Positions 1 through 9,165 of a stretch of DNA of 64,000 bases are shown piece by piece (position 1 is the first letter of the stretch; every line of letters starts with the position of its first letter). The notes beneath the pieces are model-generated. The model was not told the DNA's origin. It saw only the letters and a list, made by a program, of their open reading frames with translations, and made no database searches. Where the stretch lies: contig JADHVR010000006.1 of assembly GCA_016783885.1 (NCBI GenBank), forward strand, positions 6,539-70,538, in the 5' to 3' direction. The DNA comes from Bacteroidales bacterium. GTDB lineage: Bacteria > Bacteroidota > Bacteroidia > Bacteroidales > JAADJA01. A program made the position numbers and the translations under genes.

Positions 1-2024
1 TCAATTTCTTCATTGAACACGTTTTGCCCTTTAAGGTCGGAGATGCTAATACAAACATTTTGAGTTTCTTCAAGCCTGAGTTCAATTGTAATAAATTGTT
101 TAACAGGATTAGGATGAACAAGAACCCATGTCTGATCTTCAGTTTTGTTTGAAATTCCAACATTATTAATGGAATAAAAGGCAGTCCATCCCTGTTTGGT
201 AATAGTGGGGTTTGAAGAAAATGTAACGAACATTTTACCGCTCGGTGATGTAACCGGTTCAGGCAGGCTGTCCGGCTCATAAGTTCCTGAATAAGTAGCG
301 AGAAGCTGATTTGTTTCCGCATCATATATTTTAACTAAATCTTTGTTTTCTTCCGTGTCAAATTCAAGGAAGTGCAGAGTAATTTCCGAAGCCCATTGCG
401 GCTGAATATTCCACATACAAATTGAACTGTTAAGATAATAAAACGAACCGCTTCCGTCGCTGAAAGTATCGACAGGTTCGGTTAAAACCGTCAAACCGCT
501 ACACCACTCCGGTTGCACCGATGTATAACTGATAAACCAGCCGGGTGCAGTAATTTCTTCATTTGAACCAAAAGTTATCAGAATTTTGTTACCCGAAGAT
601 ATGATTGTTTCGGGCAGAGTAGTTCCTGAAAACTGCCCGAGTACTGGATCTTCAGTTGATGCGCCATCATAAATTGTAAGAATATCATTCACGGGTTCTG
701 TGTCGAACCTGTTAAACTCAATGATTATATAGCTTATTGAATCCTGAACGGTTTGAGGGTCAATTAACCACGAACAGTCAGAATTATTCAAATAATCATA
801 TATAGCACAACTACCGTCATCAATAGTTCCTCTCAGCGCAATTAAAGTATCGGTTCCGGTACAATAATAAGGATAAGAATAATTAACCGTATCAGGACAA
901 CAATTAATGACTAATTCCTGGGCAAGATTAAAATTAGAGCCTCCGGGTGAGATGTCGTCAAGATAAAAATACCCGTCGAACGAACCGCCCCATCCCCAGT
1001 TAAAATGGAAATAGTCTTCGGTTTGATAGCCGTCGCAAACAAAGGCATGTCCGCTAACATTCGGCTCGGACCATCCGGCATAATATAAAGGTATTTTTCT
1101 ATCGAGATGGGCAATAATTACGCTGTCCCATGCAAGATTTGTGCTGTCGCGAAACAGGTATTCCGTTTCAGGAGCATATTTGAAATAAGTCCGTAATGAA
1201 TAAGCGGCTTTATGGTTCCACATACCCGAACCGTTCGGTCCGTAATCCATATCAACTGAAACTCCAAGATGAAATAACAATTCGGCTACGGCAAGATTTG
1301 GTCCGTTCAGTGAATTGGTCATTTCATTCCATTTATAATACGTTTCTCCAAAATTTGCTGATATGGTTCCATAAACCGGATGCTGATAAGTGTAGGAACC
1401 TGTGCCTGTATGGGGGCACCTGAAATAATAACAAATCTGTCCCATGGCAGTGGCAACACAGCCGGTAACGCAATGTCCGGCAGGGCCTGCCGGGTCAGCA
1501 GGACACATCTCGTTATAAAACTGTCCCTGGTCCCATGATGAGGTTAGCATTGGCAATACTTCTTTTTCGTCTTTAATAACTTTTAAATCTTCCGGGTTCA
1601 GTGATAATAATCTTTTCCATTCTTTTTCTGTTGCAGGAGCCGGAGCTATACTGTTTTCTATTGAATAGCTGATTTGATCATAGTATTGCGTCATCCAGGC
1701 AGCAAACTGTGTGGGCTGGTTTTCGGCTGAATAAGAAGATTTAAGGGAATAAGCCGGAACAGGAAGCACATTTCCGGTTCCGGAAACAATAACATAGCCT
1801 GAAGGTTTTATGCAAAAGGCGTAATAAACGGTATTGCTTTCCGAACAAATTGTATAAGAATTGCCAATACTTATATTTTTATAACTAATCGGTTCATATT
1901 GATTGATCCTTTCAAAATAGAAATTTAAAGCAACCTGTTTCGCATCTTCAATTTTTATATGCTGAGAAAACCCTGAAGTTACTGTAATAGTAAGGATTAA
2001 AGCGGTAATAAGTTTTGTTTTCAT
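1..2024 (-). CDS. Peptidase C10 (streptopain-like) secreted cysteine protease, C-terminus cut by window edge
   Basis: Own reverse-strand translation from ATG at 2022-2024. Signal peptide MKTKLITALILTITVTSGFSQ. Catalytic Cys context TGCVATAMGQI, catalytic His context SGHAFVCDGYQ, then FHFNWGWGG. Two CUB-like modules follow (CSWLIDPQ..TIYDG..DPVLGQFSG and CMWNIQP..VKIYDA..LLATYSG), then the start of a T9SS sorting domain (HPNPV). Colinear with the 2117-4243 paralog. Absent from the ORF track because it runs off the window. Confidence 0.8.
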   Translation of the reverse strand, partial: MKTKLITALILTITVTSGFSQHIKIEDAKQVALNFYFERINQYEPISYKNISIGNSYTICSESNTVYYAFCIKPSGYVIVSGTGNVLPVPAYSLKSSYSAENQPTQFAAWMTQYYDQISYSIENSIAPAPATEKEWKRLLSLNPEDLKVIKDEKEVLPMLTSSWDQGQFYNEMCPADPAGPAGHCVTGCVATAMGQICYYFRCPHTGTGSYTYQHPVYGTISANFGETYYKWNEMTNSLNGPNLAVAELLFHLGVSVDMDYGPNGSGMWNHKAAYSLRTYFKYAPETEYLFRDSTNLAWDSVIIAHLDRKIPLYYAGWSEPNVSGHAFVCDGYQTEDYFHFNWGWGGSFDGYFYLDDISPGGSNFNLAQELVINCCPDTVNYSYPYYCTGTDTLIALRGTIDDGSCAIYDYLNNSDCSWLIDPQTVQDSISYIIIEFNRFDTEPVNDILTIYDGASTEDPVLGQFSGTTLPETIISSGNKILITFGSNEEITAPGWFISYTSVQPEWCSGLTVLTEPVDTFSDGSGSFYYLNSSICMWNIQPQWASEITLHFLEFDTEENKDLVKIYDAETNQLLATYSGTYEPDSLPEPVTSPSGKMFVTFSSNPTITKQGWTAFYSINNVGISNKTEDQTWVLVHPNPVKQFITIELRLEETQNVCISISDLKGQNVFNEEI

Positions 2025-2056
2025 GATACTTAGTTTTCTTTTTGGGTATAAAGTTA

Positions 2057-2092
2057 CAAAAAAAAAGCCCTCTCTCAATTGAAAAAGGGCTT
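2057..2092 (-). terminator. Rho-independent terminator after the 2117-4243 protease gene
   Basis: AGCCCT (2066-2071) pairs with AGGGCT (2086-2091). On the minus strand the stem is followed by a T-run (plus-strand A-run 2058-2066), 25 nt past the stop codon. Confidence 0.6.
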
Positions 2093-2116
2093 AAAGGAGG
2101 TTATTATGAAAAAAAA

Positions 2117-4243
2117 CTATTTTATAATGACTTTCCTGTTCACTGTTCCTTTGTTATTTGTCAAATTAAGGAAATAAACTCCTTTGGCTATTTCTGACAG
2201 ATCTATTGTATTTACATAATTACCGGAAAATTCATTTGTGCTTTCAACATAAACAACTTCACCGGTAACCGATAAAAGTTTAATATCGAATGATTGACTT
2301 TCGTCGAGGCTAAAGCTAATGTTCAGGAGGTTGTTTGCAGGATTCGGATAAACCTTCAGATTACCGAAGCTTTCATTTTGCTCATCTACTCCAATGTTTC
2401 CGATTTCCCATTCGGCAGTCCAGCCGGGTCCGTTATATGCTCCGTCAGTTTGGAAAGTAATAAACAACTCGCCGCTTTCAGCAAAAACCGGGTCGGGTAT
2501 ACTGTCGGGGGTCCAGTGCCCCGAATAAGTAGCCAGTAACTGGCTGTTGCTTGCATCAAAAATCTTTACTTCATCAACAACTTGCTCTGTATCAAACTCG
2601 GTAAATGTTAAAGTAATGCCGACAGCATAAGCAGGTTGAATTTTCCACATACAGGTTGTGTAGTTATTATACCAGAAATCCCCGCTTCCATCATCAAAAG
2701 CACCTGTAGGTTCAGTTAAGACTTGTAATCCGCTGCACCAGTCAGGTTGAGATGTACTGTATTCAACCCTCCATCCCGAACCTGTAACGGCATCTCCGTC
2801 GGCTACAAAAGTAACCAGCATTTTGTTACCGGTTGAAGTGATATTATCACCGGGAGTTGTTGTTCCGGAATAAGTTCCTAATACAGGATCAGATGTGGTT
2901 TCTCCGTCATAAATTGTTACGACATCGTCATTTTCAGTATCAAGAGTAACAAAGTTTAAAGTAATATTGGTTACAGAATCTTCAGGAGTTTGAGGAGTGA
3001 TAAGCCAACTGCAGTTTGCATTCGGGTCATAATTTTCCTGCGGGCCGCTGCCGTCCTCAAATGAACCTACTAAGTTTGTTCTTTCCATGTCAGGCTCACA
3101 ACCGTAAGGGTATGCCGCATCATTCGGAAAGATATTCCTTACTATTGATTGTTGTTGTGTGAAACCGCCTGCATTTTGAAGTGTGAACCAACCGTTCATA
3201 TATCCACCCCAACCCCAATTAAAGTGAAAAGTATTATCAGAGTGATAACCATCACAAACAAAAGCATGACCGCTTAGAGGAGGACCTGGATCAAATCCTG
3301 AATAATATACAGGACAATTTTCATCTAATTCGTCTTTTACATAATTTTCCCACGTGGGTTGAGAAATACCCTGATGTTCAGTCAAAACACATGTATTTGA
3401 ATATTTAAAGTAATATTTTAATGCAAACGGTACATCATCACTGGAAGCACCGGAACTATTTGTACCATAGTGCATGTGAACGGCAACCCCGGCATGAAAA
3501 CTGATAAGAGCTACTGGTAAATTTACTAAAGTGGGATTATCAACCATTCCATCCCAGTCATAAGTTGTTTCACCAAAATTCGCAGTTATCGTGCCATAAG
3601 AACCCCAGTTATAACTTGTTGAGCCATTACCTTGTTCGGGATACCTCCAGTAATACATGATCTGAGCCATTGCAGTAGCAACACAGCCTACAATTGCTTT
3701 TTCTCCGCTCGTGTTTACCGGGCATAGGTAATTATAAGGATGACCCTGATCCCAGGTGCAGGTAAGTAATGGTTCTATACTTTTTCCGCCATCTTTGGGA
3801 ATAAATTCAATACAATTAAAATCGAGCAGCTCATTCCATTTGTTTGCAATTTCAATTGTTGCCTCAACATTATTTTCCCTCAGATAAATAATATTTGCAG
3901 CTTTTCCTTTCATCCAGCTTTTGAAATTTTCAGGGCTGTTGTCAGGGGAGTAAATGGTCTCGAATGAATATCCCAGTATAGGAATCATAGCATCTTCGGC
4001 AGAGATAATGATAAAGCCGTTATTCGTGATATTAAATACGTAATAAACAGTTTCACCGTTTTCGTTAACCACATAGTAATTGTTGATTTCAAGATCGCTG
4101 AAATTAACCGTTTCGTGGTATGTGTTCAGTTTCTGATAATATGCGTTAAGAGCAACTGTTTTTGCATCCTGTAATTCAACCTTGTTGGCAAACAGGATTC
4201 CTGCAAAGGAAATAAGCAGTAAGCTAAGTAATAATCGTTTCAT
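2117..4243 (-). CDS. Peptidase C10 family cysteine protease with two CUB-like domains and T9SS C-terminal sorting domain
   Basis: 708-aa ORF. Signal peptide MKRLLLSLLLISFAGILFA. Propeptide-like N-terminus, VGCVATAMAQIMYYW (Cys), SGHAFVCDGYH (His), FHFNWGWGG. Two CUB-like repeats. C-terminal LKVYPNPANNLLNISF...GVYFLNL...KVIIK is typical of T9SS type A CTDs. Confidence 0.85.
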   Translation of the reverse strand: MKRLLLSLLLISFAGILFANKVELQDAKTVALNAYYQKLNTYHETVNFSDLEINNYYVVNENGETVYYVFNITNNGFIIISAEDAMIPILGYSFETIYSPDNSPENFKSWMKGKAANIIYLRENNVEATIEIANKWNELLDFNCIEFIPKDGGKSIEPLLTCTWDQGHPYNYLCPVNTSGEKAIVGCVATAMAQIMYYWRYPEQGNGSTSYNWGSYGTITANFGETTYDWDGMVDNPTLVNLPVALISFHAGVAVHMHYGTNSSGASSDDVPFALKYYFKYSNTCVLTEHQGISQPTWENYVKDELDENCPVYYSGFDPGPPLSGHAFVCDGYHSDNTFHFNWGWGGYMNGWFTLQNAGGFTQQQSIVRNIFPNDAAYPYGCEPDMERTNLVGSFEDGSGPQENYDPNANCSWLITPQTPEDSVTNITLNFVTLDTENDDVVTIYDGETTSDPVLGTYSGTTTPGDNITSTGNKMLVTFVADGDAVTGSGWRVEYSTSQPDWCSGLQVLTEPTGAFDDGSGDFWYNNYTTCMWKIQPAYAVGITLTFTEFDTEQVVDEVKIFDASNSQLLATYSGHWTPDSIPDPVFAESGELFITFQTDGAYNGPGWTAEWEIGNIGVDEQNESFGNLKVYPNPANNLLNISFSLDESQSFDIKLLSVTGEVVYVESTNEFSGNYVNTIDLSEIAKGVYFLNLTNNKGTVNRKVIIK

Positions 4244-4672
4244 TTTTTATAGAATTTTGTTAAAAATTTATTTTTTGCAAATATATACAATTTTTTATTT
4301 TATTTAATGTATTTCTGTTAAAATAGTTAAAAGCAGAGGGTATAAGGCAAAGTGCATTAATTTCTAAGTTTTTCATTTACAATTCAACTTATTGATTCAT
4401 CCAATTACTTAGATTTTGAGTTCAGACTATTATTATAGTCGAAGGTGGGCTTTGTACAAGAGACCTGACTTGTCGAAAAATACCATTCAAAAGTCAAAAT
4501 AACAAATAAAAAACAACAAAGTAAAAAGGAAAATCTCACACGTACAGGCAGTTGCGAGGAAACAGGTTGCAAGACGCTATGTTATTTGCATTTAAGTTAC
4601 AAACTTCAATGTGTGAGGGATTAGAAGGATTTGCCATTGGAAGTGGATTGCCAATCCTGTTGTTATTTACCC

Positions 4673-4880
4673 CCTCTCTGGCGCAAGTCTTGTGTGTCCG
4701 CCTTGTGCGAAAGATGACTTGTGTCTATCATTACTCAATAAATTCAATATCAATCAACCCTTTTATCCCTGAATAACCTCTCTGGCGCAAGTCTTGTGTG
4801 TCCGCCTTGTGCGAAAGATGACTTGTGTCTATCATTACTCAATAATTTCAATATCAATCAACCCTTTTATCCCTGAATAA
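4673..4880. repeat. Tandem duplication, 2 x 104 bp (4673-4776 and 4777-4880, 1 mismatch)
   Basis: Read directly. The unit CCTCTCTGGCGCAAGTCTTGTGTGTCCGCCTTGTGCGAAAGATGACTTGTGTCTATCATTACTCAATAA(A/T)TTCAATATCAATCAACCCTTTTATCCCTGAATAA occurs twice head to tail. It contains the last ~46 nt of the transposase CDS plus 58 nt of 3' flank. Confidence 0.95.
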
Positions 4881-5386
4881 TCCCTTGCGCTGGTAAAGAT
4901 ATAATCTTCCGGATTTTCAACAAAACCTGCTTCAACAGGGTTATTATGTAAATATTCTAATTTTTGATCAATCATTTTGTTATTTATAAGTTCTATTGGA
5001 TGATTGTCTTGTTGCCAGAATTGAAACATCGTATTGTTTGAATTCTTCTTTCCTTCTTCTTCAAAAGCTTTAAGCAACCATTCTTTCCTGCTTTCCAGAC
5101 TATTGGTTTTAATCGTTTTTATGATCTCCGTAGATGTAAACTTTTTCAAATCCCGCATTATATTTTCAAGATAAAAACCTTCTTCTGCAGAAATTATAAT
5201 ATGGACATGATTAGTCATAATCACATAGGCATGAATTTTTAAACCTTTTTTTCGTTGGCAGTATATAAAACTATCCAACAATATATTTCGGTAAATGTTT
5301 CGAGTAAAAACATCTATCCAACGAACCACAGAATAGGTTACGAAATATATACCATCAGGATTTCTAAATTTGTATTTACGGCTCAT
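4835..5386 (-). CDS. IS200-like / REP-associated Y1 (HUH) tyrosine transposase (RayT-like)
   Basis: ORF 4835-5437. Likely start is MSRKYKFRNPDGIYFVTYSV (ATG 5384-5386). HUH motif in MTNHVHIIIS and a C-terminal YLHNNPVEAGF tyrosine region. Flanked by inverted repeats (see findings). Confidence 0.75.
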   Translation of the reverse strand: MSRKYKFRNPDGIYFVTYSVVRWIDVFTRNIYRNILLDSFIYCQRKKGLKIHAYVIMTNHVHIIISAEEGFYLENIMRDLKKFTSTEIIKTIKTNSLESRKEWLLKAFEEEGKKNSNNTMFQFWQQDNHPIELINNKMIDQKLEYLHNNPVEAGFVENPEDYIFTSARDYSGIKGLIDIEIIE

Positions 5387-5576
5387 AGGACAAAGATAGT
5401 TATAAAATCTGGTTATGAAATTAAAGGCACAAGTCATCCCACCCTACAAACCCTTGCTGGAAGACTTGCGCCAGGTTGCGGATATGAGTAAATGAAATTG
5501 AGGTGGAGTCTATTTGTATTAATAAAGAAAGTGTTAATTGATTGAAATAAAATATTTTTTGAACAAATAAGTTTAT

Positions 5577-5584
5577 TACTTTTG
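5577..5584 (+). promoter_or_regulatory. Bacteroidota-type -7 box (TAnnTTTG) upstream of tRNA
   Basis: TACTTTTG at 5577-5584, 15 nt before the tRNA 5' end. A TTTG lies at 5558-5561. Confidence 0.4.
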
Positions 5585-5598
5585 CACTCCAAATTAAC

Positions 5599-5672
5599 GG
5601 CGAGATAGCTCAGGTGGTTAGAGCGTCGGATTCATAACCCGGAGGTCGCGGGTTCAATTCCCGCTCTCGCTA
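5599..5672 (+). tRNA. tRNA with CAT anticodon (elongator Met or lysidine-modified Ile2; not resolved)
   Basis: 74-nt cloverleaf read by eye. Acceptor GGCGAGA/TCTCGCT, D-arm GCTC-AGGTGGTTA-GAGC, anticodon loop TTCATAA, T-arm GCGGG-TTCAATT-CCCGC, discriminator A. No encoded CCA. Confidence 0.85.
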
Positions 5673-5675
5673 CAA

Positions 5676-5699
5676 AGTCCCCTGTACGGGGACTTTTTA
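5676..5699 (+). terminator. Rho-independent terminator after tRNA
   Basis: AGTCCCC / GGGGACT stem with a 5-nt loop, followed by TTTTT. Confidence 0.7.
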
Positions 5700-5840
5700 T
5701 TTATGAGACAGTAATAAAAGGGTAAGAATTTATCGGGCATGCACTGTTAGGTCGAAAGAGAAAACGATTTATACTTTCAGGTTTGAATGAATATTTAAGT
5801 TATTCAGGAATTTCTTTAATTTGCATACAAAATTCTTCAG

Positions 5841-6659
5841 GTGACAAGAGCAACCAAAATATCCGGCTTCATTTTTTTCTTTATGATGATAGGGAAACCG
5901 TTATTTTCACAGTGTGTCCAAAATGAATTATCATTCCGACAAGGCGAAAAGATAACTTACGAAATTGCATACAACTGGGGCTTTATTTGGATAAACGCCG
6001 GAGAAGTGTATTTTAAAACCGATACAACCATTATCAACGGTAAAACTTATTTTTATTTCGACAGCTTCGGAAAATCATACAAATTTTACGACTGGTTTTT
6101 CAAAGTCAAAGACAGGTATCAATCTGTAGTTGATCCCGTAACATTTCATCCCCTTTGGTTTAAAAGAAATACTTATGAAGGCGGTTTTCAGGTTAACAAC
6201 AGATACGACTTTGATTTTGATAAGGGAAGGGTGATCTCATCAGTTGAACATTCCGACAAACCGTTAACTGTCGATACACTCAATCTTGATTCCTGCATTT
6301 TTGATGTCCTCTCTGCCGTTTACTATGCCCGCAACATTGATTTTTCGAAATACAAACCCGGTGACAAAATCCCGATTGATTTTATTATAGATGGCGAATT
6401 TTATGAGCTTTATATCAGGTATCTCGGTAAGGAAACCATTAAAAACAGGGACGGGAAACAATACAATTGTATAAAATTCAGCGCTATGCTTGTTGAAGGA
6501 ACGCTTTTTAAAGGCGGCGAGGACTTGTATGTTTGGGTTAGTAACGATGAAAACAAGATTCCAGTTTTTGTCGAGGCAAAAATCCTTATCGGTTCGGTAA
6601 AAGCATATCTTACAGGATATGAAGGATTGAAGTATAAATTAAATTCTTTACATGATTAG
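5841..6659 (+). CDS. DUF3108-like secreted protein (hypothetical)
   Basis: 272-aa ORF with a GTG start and a signal-like N-terminus ending FSQC. The C-terminal pattern LYVWVSNDENKIPVFVEAKILIGSVKAYL resembles DUF3108 family members. Assigned from memory only. Confidence 0.4.
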   Translation: MTRATKISGFIFFFMMIGKPLFSQCVQNELSFRQGEKITYEIAYNWGFIWINAGEVYFKTDTTIINGKTYFYFDSFGKSYKFYDWFFKVKDRYQSVVDPVTFHPLWFKRNTYEGGFQVNNRYDFDFDKGRVISSVEHSDKPLTVDTLNLDSCIFDVLSAVYYARNIDFSKYKPGDKIPIDFIIDGEFYELYIRYLGKETIKNRDGKQYNCIKFSAMLVEGTLFKGGEDLYVWVSNDENKIPVFVEAKILIGSVKAYLTGYEGLKYKLNSLHD

Positions 6660-6772
6660 AATTTGTTATTATTTATTGTTTCATTGTTCCATTATTTTAT
6701 CCTGCCTTTCGGGAGGAAACAATGGAACATTATATTAATTTTACATATTTTCGTAGCCTCAAAGACTGACCG

Positions 6773-8845
6773 ATGAAAAAAATACTTACATATCTCAGGA
6801 ATCATTATGCTGATATTTCTAAAGGGTCACTTTTTATTTTAAGTGTCGTTTTATTAGTACTTATCTTTCCGAAAGAAGGGAAATTCAAATATGAGTTCCG
6901 GAAAGGGAAGCCCTGGATGCATGAAGACCTGATAGCCCCTTTTGACTTTGCCATTTTGAAACCGGAGCAGGAACTTGAAGAAGAAAAGCAATTTGCCCTG
7001 AAAGACCTGAAACTTTATTTCAAAAAAGATGAGGAGCTATACCAAAAACAAAAAGAAAAACTAATAAATGATTTTGAAACTAAGTGGCAAATTAAATATT
7101 CTGATAAACGAAGGCTTGAGCAGAGAAAGGAAAAGAACCGTAATGTTTGCCTTGCGATTTTTGATACGATAATGCAGCACGGTATTATTGAACTTACTCC
7201 CGAAATAGAAGATAAACCTGAGGATTATACAATAGTTGTTATTACAAATAATGTTGCCGAGGAAAAACAGTTGGGCGATCTTTTTACAATTCATACTGCT
7301 GATAAGTTTATTCATTCCGAACCCGATAAATTCGAACCGGTTGATAAAAACCTTGTAGTAGGGTTATTGGAAAATTCGCTGATTCAAAATATAAAATTCG
7401 ATACTAAAACAACCGAAAGAGAAAAACAGGCTTTGCTCGATAAAATATCATTAACAAGGGGTATGGTACAAAGCGGAGAACGGATCGTTTCTAAAGGTGA
7501 ATTGGTGTCAGGTGAGAAATACATAGTGCTGGAATCTCTCAGGCTTGATTATGAATCCAAATTGGGTTCCTCATTTAAATATGCCGGAATACTTGCAGGT
7601 CAAATCATTTTGTTATCGGTTTCTATGTTATCACTTTTTCTTTTTTTATTCTTTTTTAAAAAAGAAATATATGCCGAAACAAAAAAAATAGTCCTGATAC
7701 TTATTTGTATTTTATTCATGGTGTTAATAACAAGCCTTGTGGTGAAATATAAACCTGATTACCTTTACTTAATCCCTATATGCCTGATACCTATTATCAC
7801 CGGAATTTTTTTCGATACAAGGCTTGCTTTATTTGTTCATTTAATTACCATAATAATAACAGGTTTGCTGGTTCCAAACAGTTATGAATATGTCTTCTTA
7901 CAGTTATTTGCCGGAACCGTTACCATATTGAGTATCGTAAGGCTTGAACGCCGTTCCCAGTTTTTCCTCACATCAGTAATGATATTCTTTACGTATTCGC
8001 TGATATATACAGGTATGACCCTTATTAAGGAGGGCGGTCTTGAAGGAATAAATTACGTTTATTTTGTTCTTTTTGCCGGAAGCGCAACCTTTACATTGTT
8101 TTCTTATCCTATAATTTTCATTTTTGAAAAGTTATTTGGTTTGATAACCGATGTTACTCTGCTCGAGCTTTCAAACACAAACAATAAAGTACTTCGTGAA
8201 TTGGCGTTAAAAGCTCCGGGGACATTTCAACACTCAATGCAGGTGGCAAATCTTGCCGAAGAAGCCATTTACGAAATCGGAGGTAACCCATTGCTTGTAA
8301 GAACAGGCGCTTTGTTTCACGACATAGGTAAAATTGATGACCCTTTATTTTTTATCGAAAACCAAACCACCGGCGTGAACCCTCATGATGAACTAACGTA
8401 TGACGAAAGCGCCAGGATTATTATCGGCCATGTTATCAAAGGCGTTGAAAAAGCAAAGAAACATAAGCTTCCCGAACAGATCATCGATTTTATCAGGACG
8501 CACCAGGGAACCAGGAAAACAGACTATTTTTATACATTAGCAAAAAAGGATAATCCCGATGAGGAGATAGATGAAAGCGTTTATACCTATCATGGTCCCG
8601 ATCCTTTTTCAAAAGAAACCGCCGTGCTTATGATGGCTGATACTGTGGAAGCCGCCTCACGCAGCCTGAAAAACCCCGATGAGGAAGCCATAAACAACCT
8701 TGTTGAAAATGTGATAAACAAACAAATGGAAAACCGGCAGTTCGACAATGCGGATATTACTTTTCGCGACATTAAGAACATAAAGAAGATATTTAAAAAG
8801 AAACTGATGAATATTTATCATTTGAGGATAGAGTATCCGGAATAG
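6773..8845 (+). CDS. 7TM-receptor HD-domain phosphohydrolase (PgpH/YqfF-like HDIG protein)
   Basis: 690 aa. Extracellular N-domain, about seven hydrophobic helices (residues ~270-470), then an HD/HDIG domain (FQHSMQVANLAEE, GALFHDIGK, GHV..G, THQG). Confidence 0.8.
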   Translation: MKKILTYLRNHYADISKGSLFILSVVLLVLIFPKEGKFKYEFRKGKPWMHEDLIAPFDFAILKPEQELEEEKQFALKDLKLYFKKDEELYQKQKEKLINDFETKWQIKYSDKRRLEQRKEKNRNVCLAIFDTIMQHGIIELTPEIEDKPEDYTIVVITNNVAEEKQLGDLFTIHTADKFIHSEPDKFEPVDKNLVVGLLENSLIQNIKFDTKTTEREKQALLDKISLTRGMVQSGERIVSKGELVSGEKYIVLESLRLDYESKLGSSFKYAGILAGQIILLSVSMLSLFLFLFFFKKEIYAETKKIVLILICILFMVLITSLVVKYKPDYLYLIPICLIPIITGIFFDTRLALFVHLITIIITGLLVPNSYEYVFLQLFAGTVTILSIVRLERRSQFFLTSVMIFFTYSLIYTGMTLIKEGGLEGINYVYFVLFAGSATFTLFSYPIIFIFEKLFGLITDVTLLELSNTNNKVLRELALKAPGTFQHSMQVANLAEEAIYEIGGNPLLVRTGALFHDIGKIDDPLFFIENQTTGVNPHDELTYDESARIIIGHVIKGVEKAKKHKLPEQIIDFIRTHQGTRKTDYFYTLAKKDNPDEEIDESVYTYHGPDPFSKETAVLMMADTVEAASRSLKNPDEEAINNLVENVINKQMENRQFDNADITFRDIKNIKKIFKKKLMNIYHLRIEYPE

Positions 8846-8912
8846 GGTTTAATGGTTAAATGCTTAAATGGTTAAATGGTTAAATGCGTTAATGCTTAAA
8901 TGGTTAAAATGG
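8846..8912. repeat. Short tandem repeat tract (TAAATGGT / TAAATGC units)
   Basis: GGGTTTAATGGTTAAATGCTTAAATGGTTAAATGGTTAAATGCGTTAATGCTTAAATGGTTAAAATGGTT lies immediately after the stop codon at 8845. Confidence 0.9.
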
Positions 8913-8914
8913 TT

Positions 8915-9066
8915 GTAACTAATCAATAATTGAATTGAATTTCGTTATATTGTTGAAAAATCAGAAAATAAATACCAATTATCCCCTTCTGGAAGGGGTG
9001 TAGGGGTAGGAATATATACAAATAATATTTATTTTCTGATTTTTCATTGGCACACTGATTAGTTAC
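8915..9066. repeat. 152-bp nested imperfect palindrome (MITE-like or structured element)
   Basis: Outer arms GTAACTAATCA (8915-8925) / TGATTAGTTAC (9056-9066). Inner arms GAAAAATCAGAAAATAAATA (8955-8974) / TATTTATTTTCTGATTTTTC (9026-9045). Central hairpin CCCCTTCTGGAAGGGG. Confidence 0.8.
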
Positions 9067-9165
9067 AAATGATTGAATGGTTGAAGTGTCAGGAAAAATT
9101 CAACAAAGCAAAAATGTTAGAAAATAGAAAATAAAACAACTTTTAATTATAAAATATTAAATAGT

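Noticed and set aside
2294-2539. Various 60-110-aa ORFs antisense to or nested within the large protease, helicase, TonB-receptor, gyrB and peptidase genes (for example 2294-2539, 32518-32805, 42217-42546, 54778-55269, 57291-57638).
   Set aside because: All lie inside longer ORFs with clear family motifs on the other strand or frame. None shows a domain signature or independent start context.
4552-4776. Track ORF 4552-4776 (74 aa) upstream of the RayT-like gene.
   Set aside because: It is composed largely of the first copy of the 104-bp tandem duplication and REP-like flank. It has no start context or recognisable domain.
5599-5672. Considered whether the tRNA marks an integrase-mediated genomic island boundary.
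   Set aside because: No integrase gene and no direct repeat of the tRNA 3' end were found in the window. The adjacent element is a Y1 (HUH) transposase, which does not use tRNA att sites.
8846-8912. Considered whether the repetitive TAAATGGT tract is a CRISPR array.
   Set aside because: The period is only 8-17 nt with no unique spacers of 25-40 nt. No cas genes or leader are present. It is a microsatellite-like tandem repeat.
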